Source: Neocallimastix sp. 'constans' (lineage: Eukaryota). From it: a stretch of 64,000 nt of DNA. Both the position numbers and the translations under genes were made by a program. Within the stretch, counting starts at the first letter, position 1. The number at the start of each line of letters is the position of its first letter. The DNA lies in assembly GCA_050613775.1 (NCBI GenBank), contig JBODTK010000121.1:372001-436000 (forward strand). The letters are read 5' to 3'. Positions 38,566 through 52,167 of this stretch are shown piece by piece. The notes beneath the pieces were generated by a model, which did not search any database, was not told the DNA's origin, and saw nothing but the letters and a program-made list of their open reading frames with translations.

Positions 38566-40508
38566 CTAGGAATAAACTTTATTTAATAATATTTTTTTTA
38601 AAAAAAATACATGAAATTTAAATATATGAAATTATTTTTTATATTAATATTAAAAAACTACGTTATGAGATTCGATGACGAAAAGGCCTCTAACTCTTCC
38701 CATTCATCGAAGATAACTCCATGTGGATGAAAATTATCATTCGAATCTGTATCAGAATTTCTTCTTTGCCTTATCGTTACGACGTCGACGCTCTTGACAA
38801 CGGTAGGTCTAACACTGTACAAATCGATCATGGTGTAAAAATCACCAATCACAATAGGCATAACGTTAGTAAGGAATTCCGCAAGCCCCACAAAATATGA
38901 AATCGGGAAAGAAGACTCGTTCGAAGGTGATTGAAAAATATTATTAATATATCGCCTTCTTTCCCCCGAGCCGATCTTTAAGATTTCAAATACTGCATTT
39001 CCGCCAAGAAGGAGACACAGCACGTAAAAATTGATATTATCATCAAAATCTTCCTCTTTATCATCAGGAATGTTCAATGATTTCTCATGAACAATAAGAG
39101 AAAAATTAATAAAAATTTCATCAACAAAGGGAATGAAATGTTGCCTAAATTCTTCAAATTTAGGACATAAAAGTATCCAGTGTGTAAAACTAGGTATGCT
39201 GTTACTTTCACCACAACAAGGGCAGTATGTTGGGCAATTTTCTGATACTAGATTACTTTTAACATACGTTTTTACATCAAATTTGAATCCACATTTAATT
39301 CGTCCAATCCAAAAAAATCCAAGAGAAAATTGTGAATATTTAAGAGATAGACGTTGAATAAATTTTTTAAAACCAAATTTAAATTTCTTGTATTTTGTAG
39401 ATCTGATCGCAGGAGTGCTTGAATAATGAATATTTTCCCAGTAAAACTTCCTTATTTCTCCAGGAAGTTTATTATTGTGCTTGTGTACTGCTAAACTCCG
39501 TGCTTTTTTCGTCCATGAATAGTGAGAAAGTGTAGGTATATTTTTGACTAAATGAGAAATAATACAAGAAGAATCTTTCCACTTTTTAAAGCATCGAATC
39601 ATCGCCTTAGCACAAAAACTAGCTATAGGAGGAATAGAAAGTTCCTTAGACATATTGTAAATTGAAGTATTGGAGGTTTTATTTTTAAACCCGAAACTCC
39701 AATACAAACCTCGATTAAAAGCAGTTTGAGCTTTTTCAGTATTCTTTTTATTTGAACCAAGTAAGGGAGCATAATAAAGAACTGAACTAAGGACAAAAGA
39801 AACTAGTATACGAGTTTTAAAGTAGAAAGGAACATTCCTATTGGTTAAAAATCTAAAGAAAGAGTTAACCGTATAATTAATTTTATTATTCATCTTAGCA
39901 ATAATAGGTTTTAAATCCAACGATTCATTAAAAGGTATACCAAGATATGTATATTGATTAGTGCTTGGTATATAGTTCATACCAAGTCTAAAAGTAGGAT
40001 TTTCATAATGTCTTGAAGGTATAAAATTCTTTGGTTTAACAACTAGTGTAGCGCTTTTATTGATTCCAAAGGTCATTTCATTTTTAATACCCCAATCATG
40101 AGCAATATTCAAAAGGTTTTTAAGTGAAGATTTTGTAGGAGCTAATAATACAATATCATCAGCAAATAATCCACTACAACACTTTTTCTTTTCAGTAATC
40201 ACACCATAACTTTTACATTTATCAAAAATATCATTGATAAATATATTGAATAAAATAGGTGATAGAGGACACCCTTGGCGAACACCACGGTGTATTGGAA
40301 ATTCTTTTGAAAGTTTACCATTAAAGTTTGCACGAGCTTTCGAGGTAAGGTATAGATTAGTAATGAATTGAAGGCATTTACCACGAATACCAAGATTATT
40401 TAGTTTAGTAAGTATATTGTAAATTGGAACTGAATCATAAGCTTTTTTAAGGTCAAGAAAGGCAAGAAAGGTAAATTTATCCTTAAATTTTCTTCTTTGA
40501 CAAATTTC
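38525..40508 (-). mobile_element. 5'-truncated LINE (non-LTR retrotransposon)
   Basis: Poly(A) tail 38525-38562; 14-bp TSD ACCATATTAAACAT (38511-38524/40509-40522). Confidence 0.95.
38658..40505 (-). CDS. LINE ORF2 C-terminal part (RT plus Cys/His motif), open but lacking its start
   Basis: FLDLKKAYDSV, GVRQGCPLSP, FADD, YTYLG, CPCC...HWILLC in one uninterrupted frame. Confidence 0.92.
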   Translation of the reverse strand: MCQRRKFKDKFTFLAFLDLKKAYDSVPIYNILTKLNNLGIRGKCLQFITNLYLTSKARANFNGKLSKEFPIHRGVRQGCPLSPILFNIFINDIFDKCKSYGVITEKKKCCSGLFADDIVLLAPTKSSLKNLLNIAHDWGIKNEMTFGINKSATLVVKPKNFIPSRHYENPTFRLGMNYIPSTNQYTYLGIPFNESLDLKPIIAKMNNKINYTVNSFFRFLTNRNVPFYFKTRILVSFVLSSVLYYAPLLGSNKKNTEKAQTAFNRGLYWSFGFKNKTSNTSIYNMSKELSIPPIASFCAKAMIRCFKKWKDSSCIISHLVKNIPTLSHYSWTKKARSLAVHKHNNKLPGEIRKFYWENIHYSSTPAIRSTKYKKFKFGFKKFIQRLSLKYSQFSLGFFWIGRIKCGFKFDVKTYVKSNLVSENCPTYCPCCGESNSIPSFTHWILLCPKFEEFRQHFIPFVDEIFINFSLIVHEKSLNIPDDKEEDFDDNINFYVLCLLLGGNAVFEILKIGSGERRRYINNIFQSPSNESSFPISYFVGLAEFLTNVMPIVIGDFYTMIDLYSVRPTVVKSVDVVTIRQRRNSDTDSNDNFHPHGVIFDEWEELEAFSSSNLIT

Positions 40509-41324
40509 ACCATATTAAACATAATTATTTAATATTATTATGAATAATAAATAATAGTAATAGAAATGAAAAATTTCCAAAGTCTAGAATAAATAAGATC
40601 GATAAATTTATACATTGATATAATTTATGCTTGTTTGTTTGTTTTTCGGTTTATTTGAAATTTATTAATTTAATACTTACCATTTCAATATTGATGAAAT
40701 CATGAGCTAAAAGTATCATAAAAAATAAATAAATATTTTTTTAATAAAGAAGAGAATATATTTCATTTTATTTTTATAATTTATAAAAAAATTATTATTT
40801 ATAATATTAATACATTAAATATAAATTTTTTAAGATACATGTGAAAAAATATATAAAATATATAATAAAAATCTAATTAAAATATATATATATAAATCTA
40901 TATTATAAGAAAATATAAAGTACATATATAAATATCATTAGATTTTAAAAATAAAATACAATAATAAAAAATAATTAATATACTTTATTTTAGTGAAATA
41001 AACAAATTATTTGTGGAATTTTCATAAATATAATTATTTAAATTATTTAATTTTTATAAATTAAAAATATTAAAATTATGGTTTAGTAAATTATATACAT
41101 TTAATTAATATATATATTTTTTATTTTTTATATATACTGAAGATATTTAATTTTATCCTTTTATAAATACATATAAAATATTTTAAATTATTAATAGAAT
41201 AAAAGTAAAAAAAATATTTTCGTATTTATTATTTATTTTTATTTTTAATTATATAAAAAAAACTCACAAAAAAGTATATATATAAATAATTAAAATAGCA
41301 ATGTAAATGTACTGTGGTAATAAT

Positions 41325-44300
41325 TTATGAATCTATAATATCCTTTTTTTGATTTGTAATATTTTTTGAATTTTTTATTAATTCTTTTTCTATTTCATTT
41401 ATTGGTATTACTTCCTCTTGTGAAGATCCTTTTTTATTTTTTAGCAATAGAGATTCTTCTAATTGAGAAACTTCACTACTACTACTGGTTAATAAAATAC
41501 TTTCTGAAGTTGAAATATCACTTTCCATGGATAATAATGCGTTTCTCGATGAAGATATGTCACTACTATTGCTCATAAAATTATTTTTTGATGGTAATGA
41601 ACTTTTATTATTAATGATTCTAGTATTTTCTGATTTTGATAAATCATCATTCGCTCTTTCCAATAATGATATATCACTTTCTTCAATTAATATCATATTA
41701 TTTAAGGACGATATATCACTTTTATTTGAATTTAAAATAGTTGATGAAACTTTATTTGATACTTCTTCTGACTGTTTATTGGATTTATAATCTTTTCCTA
41801 CTTTTATTCTACTATAACTAATTGCAGAATGTACTCCAGAGTAATGATTTCTTGATAAATAAGTCCCGCTTCTGTTATTTCTTAATGATTGGATTCCAGT
41901 ATTATATGAACCGGTTGATTGAGTCATTTTATTACTGCGTTTATTTATAGGTACAATTTCGTTTCTATAATGAAAATCCAAAATTTTAAAATAACTTTTA
42001 GATATTATTTTATTGTTATTATTATCATTATTATTTGCATTATTATCATTATTAATAGATGTTATTAATTCATAATTATTACTAAATCTTTTTAAATAAG
42101 ATGAAGTAGTATCAATTGAACTTTGAGGAATTTTTTCAATATAGTATTCATTAAAATCATTAAAATCATTTAAAGATTTTTTATACCATACAATTCTAAT
42201 AACATATAATAATATGTAATTTGTAAATACATATATTATTATTAATGATTCACGTATTGTGAAAAAAATAGTGTAATTCCGTATTTCAAGAAATTCAAAT
42301 ATTATTAAAATAATTAATATTACAATGTTGAGAGAATACATTGCTGTGCATGAACGAATATCAAATATTGTTGATTTAAGATTCCATTCAGCAAATAAAA
42401 GAATACATGACCATATAATAATTACAACCTTGAATGTATACATAATTATTATTACTGTTTTAGAAAATAATCCATCTACTTTACATTTTTGAAAGTTTTT
42501 ACTACTATCTATCGTTACTACTGTTTTAACAGTATAAGGCTGCATGAAAATTAATCCATTAATCAATATATCTAAAAAAATGAAAATAGAAAGGAATATA
42601 TAACGATGAGATTTAACCCATATGGAAATTTTATTTTCTTCAGGATAATTTGAGATTAATTTGTGAAAAATTGGAATATATACAATAGTGAAACTCATGA
42701 ACTGAAGAAAAAACTTTAAATGACATCTTAAAGGTGTTACTCGTTCTAAATCCACAAAACTTGTATATATCAATAAAATATATCCTAAAAGTGATAAAAT
42801 CCAAAAATCTTTTGAAAGGAAACTAAAATTATAATTATACTTTTTAATAAATATAAATATAGATGATGAGAGAATGATAATTGATAATAATATGTATACT
42901 ATTGCTATAATTTTTCCAGAGATTGAATCTTTGGAACTTATAGATATATAATATATTCTAGTAATATCATCAATTTTTCTTAACATTTTAGCTGGATCAA
43001 CTATATCGTTTCCATATAAATATTTATATACATAATATCTAATTTTTTCAGAATATTTATTATAGTCGTTTGTCTTTGAAGTTGGTCTCATTATTGGCTG
43101 TGCATTTTTATATATTTCACATAATTCTTCTTTATTTTTACAAACTTCATCTTCATTATATAAATTATTGATTCCAGAAAAACAATTATGTTCAATAATT
43201 AATTTTCGTTGAATATCTTTTGAAGTCATATACATCACAGCTTTAACGGCATCTTCTTCTTTTTCCTTCAGAAGATAACTATTTATACCTATATTATATC
43301 CTCCAACAATAGTGGATGAAATTCCATTTTTATGTCCTGGGAGAATTGTTGCTTTGTATACTTTATTTACAGGAAGATTTAAATAATTAAATTTAAGAAA
43401 TAATCCAGTTCCATTTAATAAATCAGAAAAAGTATTTTCTATATTTTGTTGAAATACATAATCTATAAATAAATAAATAAATAAATAAATAAAAAATAAA
43501 ATTTTATCATATTATAATAAAAATATTTTATTAATTTATTTATAATATATTTAATTTATTATTATTATTATTTATTGAAATTATAATTGTTATTATTTTT
43601 TTTCCGAATTATTAAAATTTATTTATACTAAACCTGATGATAATTCATTTTTCAACTTTTTCATCATTTTTAGTGCATTTACTGCATTTGGACTTTTGAA
43701 ATTAGGGAAAGGATCGTTAATTGCATCCCTATAAGAATGTAAAAATTCAATTATCGTAGTTGATCCAGCTTCATTATCTATATATAATATAGTAATATTG
43801 ATTGATTAATTATTATTATTTTATTAATTATTAAAGAAAATTTTAAATATTTTAAAAATATTTAAGTATTTGATATTCAAATAATTAAAATATACCTGTA
43901 AATAAACCATTAAATATAACAATGTTTGTATTATTTTTAATTTTCTCTTGTTTTAAAATATATTTTCCTGTTTCTAATAATTCATCCCATGTTTTTGGTA
44001 TTTCTTTATTATATTTATTTAATAATTCTATATTGCTATATAATGCGGAATAATTAATAATAACTGGCTAATATATATATATGTTATATTAAAGATTTAT
44101 ATTATTATAAGATGTTATTTTTTGAAAGAAAAACAAATAATAATTAATAAATTTACCAATCCAACTAGTTTATTATTATATGAATAAGATTCATAATTTT
44201 CAACACTTTTGTATAAATTAATATGCTCTTTAGGTAACAATTTATTTAAATCTAGGAAATTTGGCTCAAATTTTGGTGTATAGATATTATCATAAAAATA

Positions 44301-44753
44301 TATATCATATTTATTTGATCTTCTTTTCAAAAATGAATCTATTACCGAAAAAAATTCATCACTATGTACAGTTGAATTTTTAGGAGTAAATAAATTTAAA
44401 TTTATTGTAATATTTAAATTATTTTTTATTGAATAATCATTAAAATTATTTATTAAATATGTGTATATTTGAGTTTTCTCGATTACACTAAAGGCTAACG
44501 CGTTTATTATGGTTGCTTTTACTGTTTCAATTAGCACTGATGTTTAATGTTTAGTAATGTATTTGGTAATATATAATTTAAATAAAAAAATGTGAAATAA
44601 AAATAAAAAAAAAAGAATAAATAGCGTTTAAAAATGTTAATTATTATTTTTTTTAATATATGTATATATATGTATAAATTAATGAAATTTTCATATTATA
44701 TTACATATATAATGAAAAATATATATTAAAAATAATTTATTGATTGAATTCAT
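41325..44753 (-). CDS. 7TM (class C GPCR-like) receptor with N-terminal extracellular solute-binding domain, ~960 aa, 5 exons
   Basis: Exons 44753-44705, 44536-44157, 44067-43896, 43777-43634, 43462-41325 with GT-AG introns join in frame (2883 nt). Signal-like N-terminus, SBP-type motifs (DIYFYD, LYSN..LL.KY...IPKTWDEL, GGYNIGIN), seven hydrophobic segments, Ser-rich tail. Confidence 0.88.
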
Positions 44754-45565
44754 TGTTAAATGTATTTTGTTTTTCTTAGGTATAATTTTATAAAATTTAT
44801 TAAGACCGAAATTTAAAATCCATACTTTGATTTACAATTAAAATAGATTATATAAATAGGAAAAATTGTTTTTAATTTTTTAAAAAAAATAAATTATATT
44901 AAAAAATTCTAATTGAATAAATATAAATTATATTTTATTAAATTCATTTTAAAATTCCTTACATAAAGTTTATTTTTATCTTAAATTTATTTATTTTTTT
45001 TTTCAAACCATATAAATTATTTGATATTAAATAAAGTTAAACGTGTTATTTATTAAGTTAAAATTAAAAATAAAAAATTAGTCATTTAAATATATATAAA
45101 TATTTTATATAATTAAATTTCTAATTTATATTATAAATATAAATATTAGAAAAAAAAAAAACTTTTTTTTTCAATAAAATTAGCATTAATGAAATTTTAA
45201 CAATATATAAAAATAATATAAAGTCATGTATTTAAATTAATTCTTTGCTTTTTATAAATTATAAATATGAAAAATGTAAAAAAAAAAAATTAAAAAAACT
45301 TATTGTTCCTATAAAATTAATTTTAACAAAATTCAAGAAATATACAAAAACAATATTTAGTCATACATATAAATTTATTTTTTTGCTTTTTATAGAATTA
45401 TATATATATATATATATTTTAAAAGTTATTTAAAAGAATATAAAAGATAAATTGCCTATATTATAAACTATTATTAAAAAAAATTTTTTTTATAGATTTT
45501 ATTTTTAAAAAATTCATTGCATATATTATAAACTATTATTAAAAATATTTTTTTTCATAGATTTT

Positions 45566-46465
45566 TGTAACATAAATATTATGAAATATAAAAGTAAATA
45601 ATAATAAAATAAATAAATAAATATTTAAAAATTGAAGTAAAAAATATTTATTTATTATAAAATATTATTATATATTTGGTTAATTATTGATAGAATATGT
45701 TTTTTAATTGAATATTATTTTCTTTCTCAATATTTAAAATTTTTATATTAAAATATTATAATAGATAATAAATTATATATATATATATAATATATAAATC
45801 TTTCAAAGTATTAGTTATAATCATTTGAAATTGATGCTTGTCTTTTTATTGATTGAACATTATTATAATATAACATAAATCTTCTCTAAATTTCTTTTGA
45901 AGTCATGTACAATAACGCTCTTACTGCTTTTTTTTTTCTTTTCTTCTTCTGTATAGCCATTAATAGCTATGTTATAGCCATCTATTATAGAATCTATTAT
46001 TTCATTTTTATACCCTGATAGGGTAGAAACCATATATGTTTTATTAACAAGAATATTAAAGTATTAAATTCAACAAATAAATCATCATTAGTTAATTTAT
46101 CAAGTGATTTTAAATTTCTATATATTGAATCTATTTATAAAAATATTTGAAAAATAATAAAATATATTTAATTTTTTATAATAATTATTATTGTTATTTT
46201 TTTTAAATATTAATATTATTAATAATTGATGTTATATTGATTATTTTACTGTTATAAGTTATACTATGATTATTTTATATATAATAACATATTTAATTTT
46301 ACTTTTTTTTATTAATAAACTTTGAAAAAATTTATTTTTTAAATTTTAAAAGTATTTATTATATTTGGCCTCTTAAATTCTACAAAAGAAGAATCAACTC
46401 TCTAATCTCATCATCTATATTAATATAGATGATGAGATTAGAAAAAAAAATAAAGCCACGTTACA
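45566..46465 (-). repeat. Probable LTR upstream of the receptor gene
   Basis: TGTAAC...GTTACA termini, minus-strand TATA ~46135; no TSD seen. Confidence 0.5.
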
Positions 46466-46634
46466 AAATGTAACATAGCTTTATATTAAATGCGGCGTAC
46501 TTTAAAATTGTTGATATAAGAGTGGCTTAAATTATTTTTAATAAATAAATAATAATATTTAAATTTTTAATAAATAATGAAATAATTTTTAATAATATTT
46601 AATTTAAAAAAAATATTTGAATTCCTTTTGTTAC

Positions 46635-48293
46635 TGTTAGAATATATGAAGCTCACAAAATAAATCTTATATTTATTAAAAACATATTAAATAACTTATT
46701 GAAGCATATTTAATGTATGCCAAATATATTAATGCATATTATATTAAATTAAATGTATAAGTCACGTATTATTCATATAAATACATGTTAGAATTATTCT
46801 TCGAGTAATTATTGAGAAACTCTTTATCATAAAACATATTAATAAAGTTGACATAATTACTAACCATAAATTTCAGACTCCTAAAATATTAAGAGTCTCA
46901 GTGACTCTCAATAAGATTCTCTAAAGATAAATCCTAAGCCGGACAAATCATTATATAACTCCTAACAATATGTCAGAAGAGAAAATTATTGAAAATTCAA
47001 ATTCAAATCCTTATAATTTAAAATGACAGTAACCAAAGAAAGCTAGTCATAAATAATAAATGATTGTTGTAAAACCTAACGAGTATTCAATCAAAATTAA
47101 TTAAAACTTGAATAATAAATTACCAATTAATAATGGTTTATTCGTTAATCCATAAACTGTCAAATATCAAATACAAAATACAAGGTAATATAGTTACAAA
47201 TATAATACGCATAATAGTTTCATCAATCATAATTACAACTACTACACTATACGCAATCTTAAGTTTCATACTAAACCTACAAAAGAGAAGATATAAAAGG
47301 TTTCATCTTATCCACAAAGAGTGACACTTTGGTTACCTCTTATCAACAAAATACTCAATATGATAATACACGAAATATTACATTTAATTAATCTATATGT
47401 TTTTGATAAATCAATATTGAATATATAATTGAAAATACACTTATTTAATAAAAATTCATACGCAATCCCGAAATTAAAATTATCCCTCACTTAAATATAA
47501 TATGTTACAAACTTATAAGTATAAATATCACTACAAATATCTAACATATTTTATTCGAATAATACTTAATAAATTTAATACTTAATTGCAAAGTGTATAT
47601 TCGAAAGAAGATGTTATTTAATACAATATATAACTATATACATTAATCATATATTCTCATATATAAAAGACCAATATTATAAAATGCTGTGACGCCGACT
47701 TACCAAAACAATCGGTGATAATATTAAACACCTCATATCACCACATTAATAAAATGTTGTAATCGTTAGATTTTGATTAATATTCTTATTAACTTAGCTG
47801 ACTTCTTAAGCTCAAAACATAATATCATAATTTAAAAAGATCTAACATGAAGGGGAATAATTATATCCATTCGCAAAATTTAACTAAATTATTTGATAAT
47901 CTTATTTAAAAGGAATTATTTATTGTTTTATGAAACTTATTTAAATATAATTGAAATCAGAGAAATTAGGAATTAGGAAAATTTGGTTTAAAGAAATAAT
48001 ATACGTATTCACCAACAAACCAAATTATTTTATTCAAACAATTAGTTTTGAGGGAGAATGTTAGAATATGTGAAACATATGAAGTAAATGTCATATTTAT
48101 TAAAAACATATTAAATAACTTATTGAAGCATATTTAATGCATATCAAATATATTAATGCATATTGTATTAAATTAAATATATAAGCCATGTATTATTCAT
48201 AAAAATACATGTTAGAATTATACTTCGAGTAATTATTGAGTAACTCTTTATCATAAAACATATTAATAAAGTTGACTAACCATAAATTCCATA
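46635..48293 (+). mobile_element. Heavily deleted Copia-like LTR element
   Basis: 5' LTR 46635-46967 (TGTTAG...CTAACA), PPT GAGGGAGAA, truncated 3' LTR from 48059, NLADFLS RNase H remnant ~47790; related LTR start at ~31595. Confidence 0.7.
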
Positions 48294-50638
48294 CTTGTAG
48301 TTGACTGAATAAATCACACCAACGAGCGTGTTTACTAGTATTAGGTTCACATTTCATAATGATAGGGACTAAAGGTTGATGATCTGTATACAGTATTGTT
48401 TGGAACGGATTACCTAATATATATTGTTTAAATTTATTTACACAAAAATATGCCGCGGTACCTTCTAACTCTGTTATCGGGTAATTAAGTTCTGATTTAT
48501 GCAGGGAACGACTAATATAAAATACTGGGTGTTCTACTTTATCATTATATAGTTGCAATAAGACACCACCAATTCCTTGATAACTAGCATCAGTGCGTAT
48601 AATAAATGGTTTATCATAACGTGGATAACACAAAATAGGTGCTTGACAAAGAGCTTCCTTTAATTTTTCTATACAAGTAGTATGCTCATTAGTCCATTCA
48701 AAAGTAGAATTTTTCCTTAGTAATTTGCATAACGGGGAAGTTAATGTAGCATAATTTTCAATAAAATTCCTATAGTAACCCACCATTCCAAGAAAAGAAC
48801 GTAATTCCGTAACATTAGAAGGATTATCCAATTTCTTTATTGCATCAATCTTCTTTTCTAGTGGTAATAATCCTTTGTTTGAAATCGTATGTCCTAAAGC
48901 CTCCACTTCAAAAACACAAAAATGACATTTCTCAATATTCATTTTTAATTTAAATTTTCTGAGAATTTTAAAAACATTTGTTAGATCGATTAAATGTTGT
49001 TCAATGGATGGTGAATAAACAATAATATCGTCAAGATAAATCTGAGCACATTTATTAAGTCAAAGAAAATCCTATTCATTTCGCGTTGGAAGGTTGCCGG
49101 AGCATTAGTCAATCCAAAAGGCATTACCTTAAAGTAATAATTTCCAAATTTAGTTGTAAAAGAATTAATTTCTTGGTCGCTTTCATACATGGGTATCTGG
49201 TGATACCCACTAAAAAGATCAATAGTAGAAAATATTACTGCATCTTTTAATGCATCAAAAATTTCTTGAATTATAGGGATGACATAAGCATCTTTTTTTG
49301 TTATTTTATTTAATAACCTATAATCTATGCACAGTCTCCATCTACCATTTTTCTTTGGTACTAAAACGATAGGTGAAGACCAAGGTGAATGAGAAGGTGA
49401 AATTAATCCTTTATCTATTAATTTTTTTAATTCTTCTTTTAGTGCTAAAAGTTATACTTGGGAGATCCTATACTCCTTTTGTTTTATTGGCTTGCTACCT
49501 TCTAGTAATTCAATATGGTGAGGTAGCAATTTGGATGGTTCTAAATCATCACTAGATATAGCTATTACATCTGAATATGAAGTTAATATGGATTTAATTT
49601 CATTTTTAAAATTTTCATCTTTGATATCCATATTGCTGTTTAATTCTTCCAAAATTTTATTTTTATTAGTTGTATTAATTTTATTGGTACTAATTATTTT
49701 ATTAATACTAGTATTATTCTCTAATATATAGCAAAACATACACTGTGTATGAAGTTCATGCACATCTTTCAAAGGAACCAATGGGACCGCACTAAAGGTA
49801 AACACACCATTAACATTATTAATACCACTTTTTACGTATAAATATTTACTATCTGCATCTACTAATAATTTATAATCTGCTTGAGTTTTTAAATTAATTA
49901 TTATATCAAATATTGAGTCATCATTATCAAATACTCTAAAGACTGCATTAATTTTTAGAGTACCAATTTGTACTTCTAATTTTACCATTTCATAAACACG
50001 TTCTTCCGTATTAGATAATGCCTGATGCACTCTACCAGAAGTAGAACCGACTATGGTATAATTTTTAATATTTTTATTTAGAAAATTTCTGGTTACCAAA
50101 TTTGTATTACTACCACCATCAATTAATACAGCAGCAGAATGACCATTAACTGTACTATTGACTATAGCAATATCGTGTTTTTGAATTTTTCTTGTAGCGT
50201 AGCAATGGGTAGGATTATTTACTATTTCAAATTCTTCTATATCATTATGATATTCTGCACATCCTACCACTGCATCATCATCCTCAGTTCTTAACTTTTT
50301 AAAACTTTTAGTGATATCCGAACGTAGGGCACTACTTATACCTATTAATTGGGCCAAAGTAATATTTACTGGGGTATTTTGTAATTCTTCTATAATATCA
50401 TAAGGTTCAATACCCTCTAATAATTTAATGATTTGGCCTACTCTAGTAGTTTTTTTTTTCTTATTATTTTGTTCCAATATTTTTGTACTATTATTTTTAT
50501 CGTTAAATTTATTACTAATATTAGATGCAGGTATATTTAATTCCACTGAATCTATGTCAATTTTGTTTTCCAATGTGCCATTTTTATTATTATTTTTATT
50601 ATTTTTATTATTATTATTATTATTATTTATATTATTAC

Positions 50639-50672
<34 letters not shown>

Positions 50673-51128
50673 TGTAGTCAAGTTGGATGTATCATTATTG
50701 ATATTATAATTACTTGAACTATTATTAATTAAATTTCCATTAATATTATTATTATTGATATTATTTTCATTATTATTATTATTGCTTCCTTTATTATTAA
50801 TATTATTCTTAATATTATTATTTAAATTTGGTTTTAGAATTTTACGATTTCGTAAATTATATAAGATATTATTATTAACATTATCATTTATATTTAAATC
50901 GTTATTGTTATTTTCATTTATATTGTTATTGTAATTGTTATTATTTATTTTAATATTATTATTGTTTTTATAATTTCTTTTTGCCTTAGGTAGAGATGCA
51001 TATTTTTCATCTCTACTACGTTTTGCTGCAGCAATAATTGCATCATAATTATTGTTCCATGTTGCTGCAGTTATTACTGGAGAAGTGGCAATTTGATTAT
51101 GGGAAGTTTGCCTTCTTCCATCATTCAG
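48290..51128 (-). pseudogene. pol: pol (Asn-rich spacer, PR, RT, RNase H) with frameshifts
   Basis: ORFs 49452-50681, 48990-49190, 48193-48942; MPFGL, RTDAS, TDH motifs. Confidence 0.9.
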
Positions 51129-52167
51129 TTTTTTTGTAAATTAAAATAATTTATAAAATTTGGATCTTGTTTAATTTTGGCTAATTCAGTACAATCCTTA
51201 ACAAGATGACCAGGTTGGTTACAGAAATAGCATGTTTTAATCTGTAAACTCTGCATTCTATTTACCAAGTCATCCATTCCATCATTATTAGGTATTTGAT
51301 TGTTGTTAATTTTATAATTATTATTGTTTCTATTATTTAAATAATTATTATTTATATTATATGGATTATTAATTCCATTATTATTAAAATTATTTAGCTA
51401 TGAATGGGATTGGGAGGTATATTCGTGGGAGTATTCCTAGGGTTTCTAGAGTTTCTACCACTAGTTCTATTCCAAGAATTGTTATAATTATAACCATTAT
51501 TATTAGAGAATGAACTATTATGATAATTATTTCTGTTATAATTATTGAAATACATTCTTTCCTTTTTACTACTTTTATTATTATAAAAATTAGATTCTTG
51601 TAGAATGCTTTCATATTTTTCAGCTTGACTACATGCATCCTCTAATGATTTGTATTCTTCCATTGCTATTTTCTCATATATTTGTTGTCTTGGTCTAAGA
51701 GCATTCTCATAGTCAATGACTGAAATTGAAGCTCTGTCTTCGTTTTCTAATAAATCATATAAATTCAAATATCTTGTGTTAAAATCGTAGACAGTTTCTC
51801 TTGGCTCTATAGTCATACGTTTGAACTGTCTAAGTTTATCTTCCTTTTTATTCTCTCGCCAATATTTCTTTTTGATAACTTCAACACATTCATCTAATGG
51901 GGGAGTTTTACCTAATTCATTTTCTTTCATTTTCAATACTCTTACTAAATCATCTTCTGCAGAAGAGATAATATAACTAAACTTATCTTCGTCGTTAGTT
52001 ATCCCTTCTCTTTTAAACCATTGTTCGATCCGGAACTGCCAGATCTCCGCGTCTCTGTGAGGACCACCTATCCTTGGAAGAGTCTTTGTATCCGACATGG
52101 TTTTGTTAGTACTACTATTAATGCTATTATTATGTTCACTACTACTACTACTACTACTACTTCTCAT
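51125..52167 (-). pseudogene. gag: gag with a frameshift before the zinc knuckle
   Basis: ORF 51394-52167 plus CCHC at ~51232-51190, ending NLQKN-stop. Confidence 0.85.

Noticed and set aside
38563..38657. This LINE as the partner of the SINE
   Set aside because: The 3' ends share only AGTCTA, and the SINE has no poly(A) tail.
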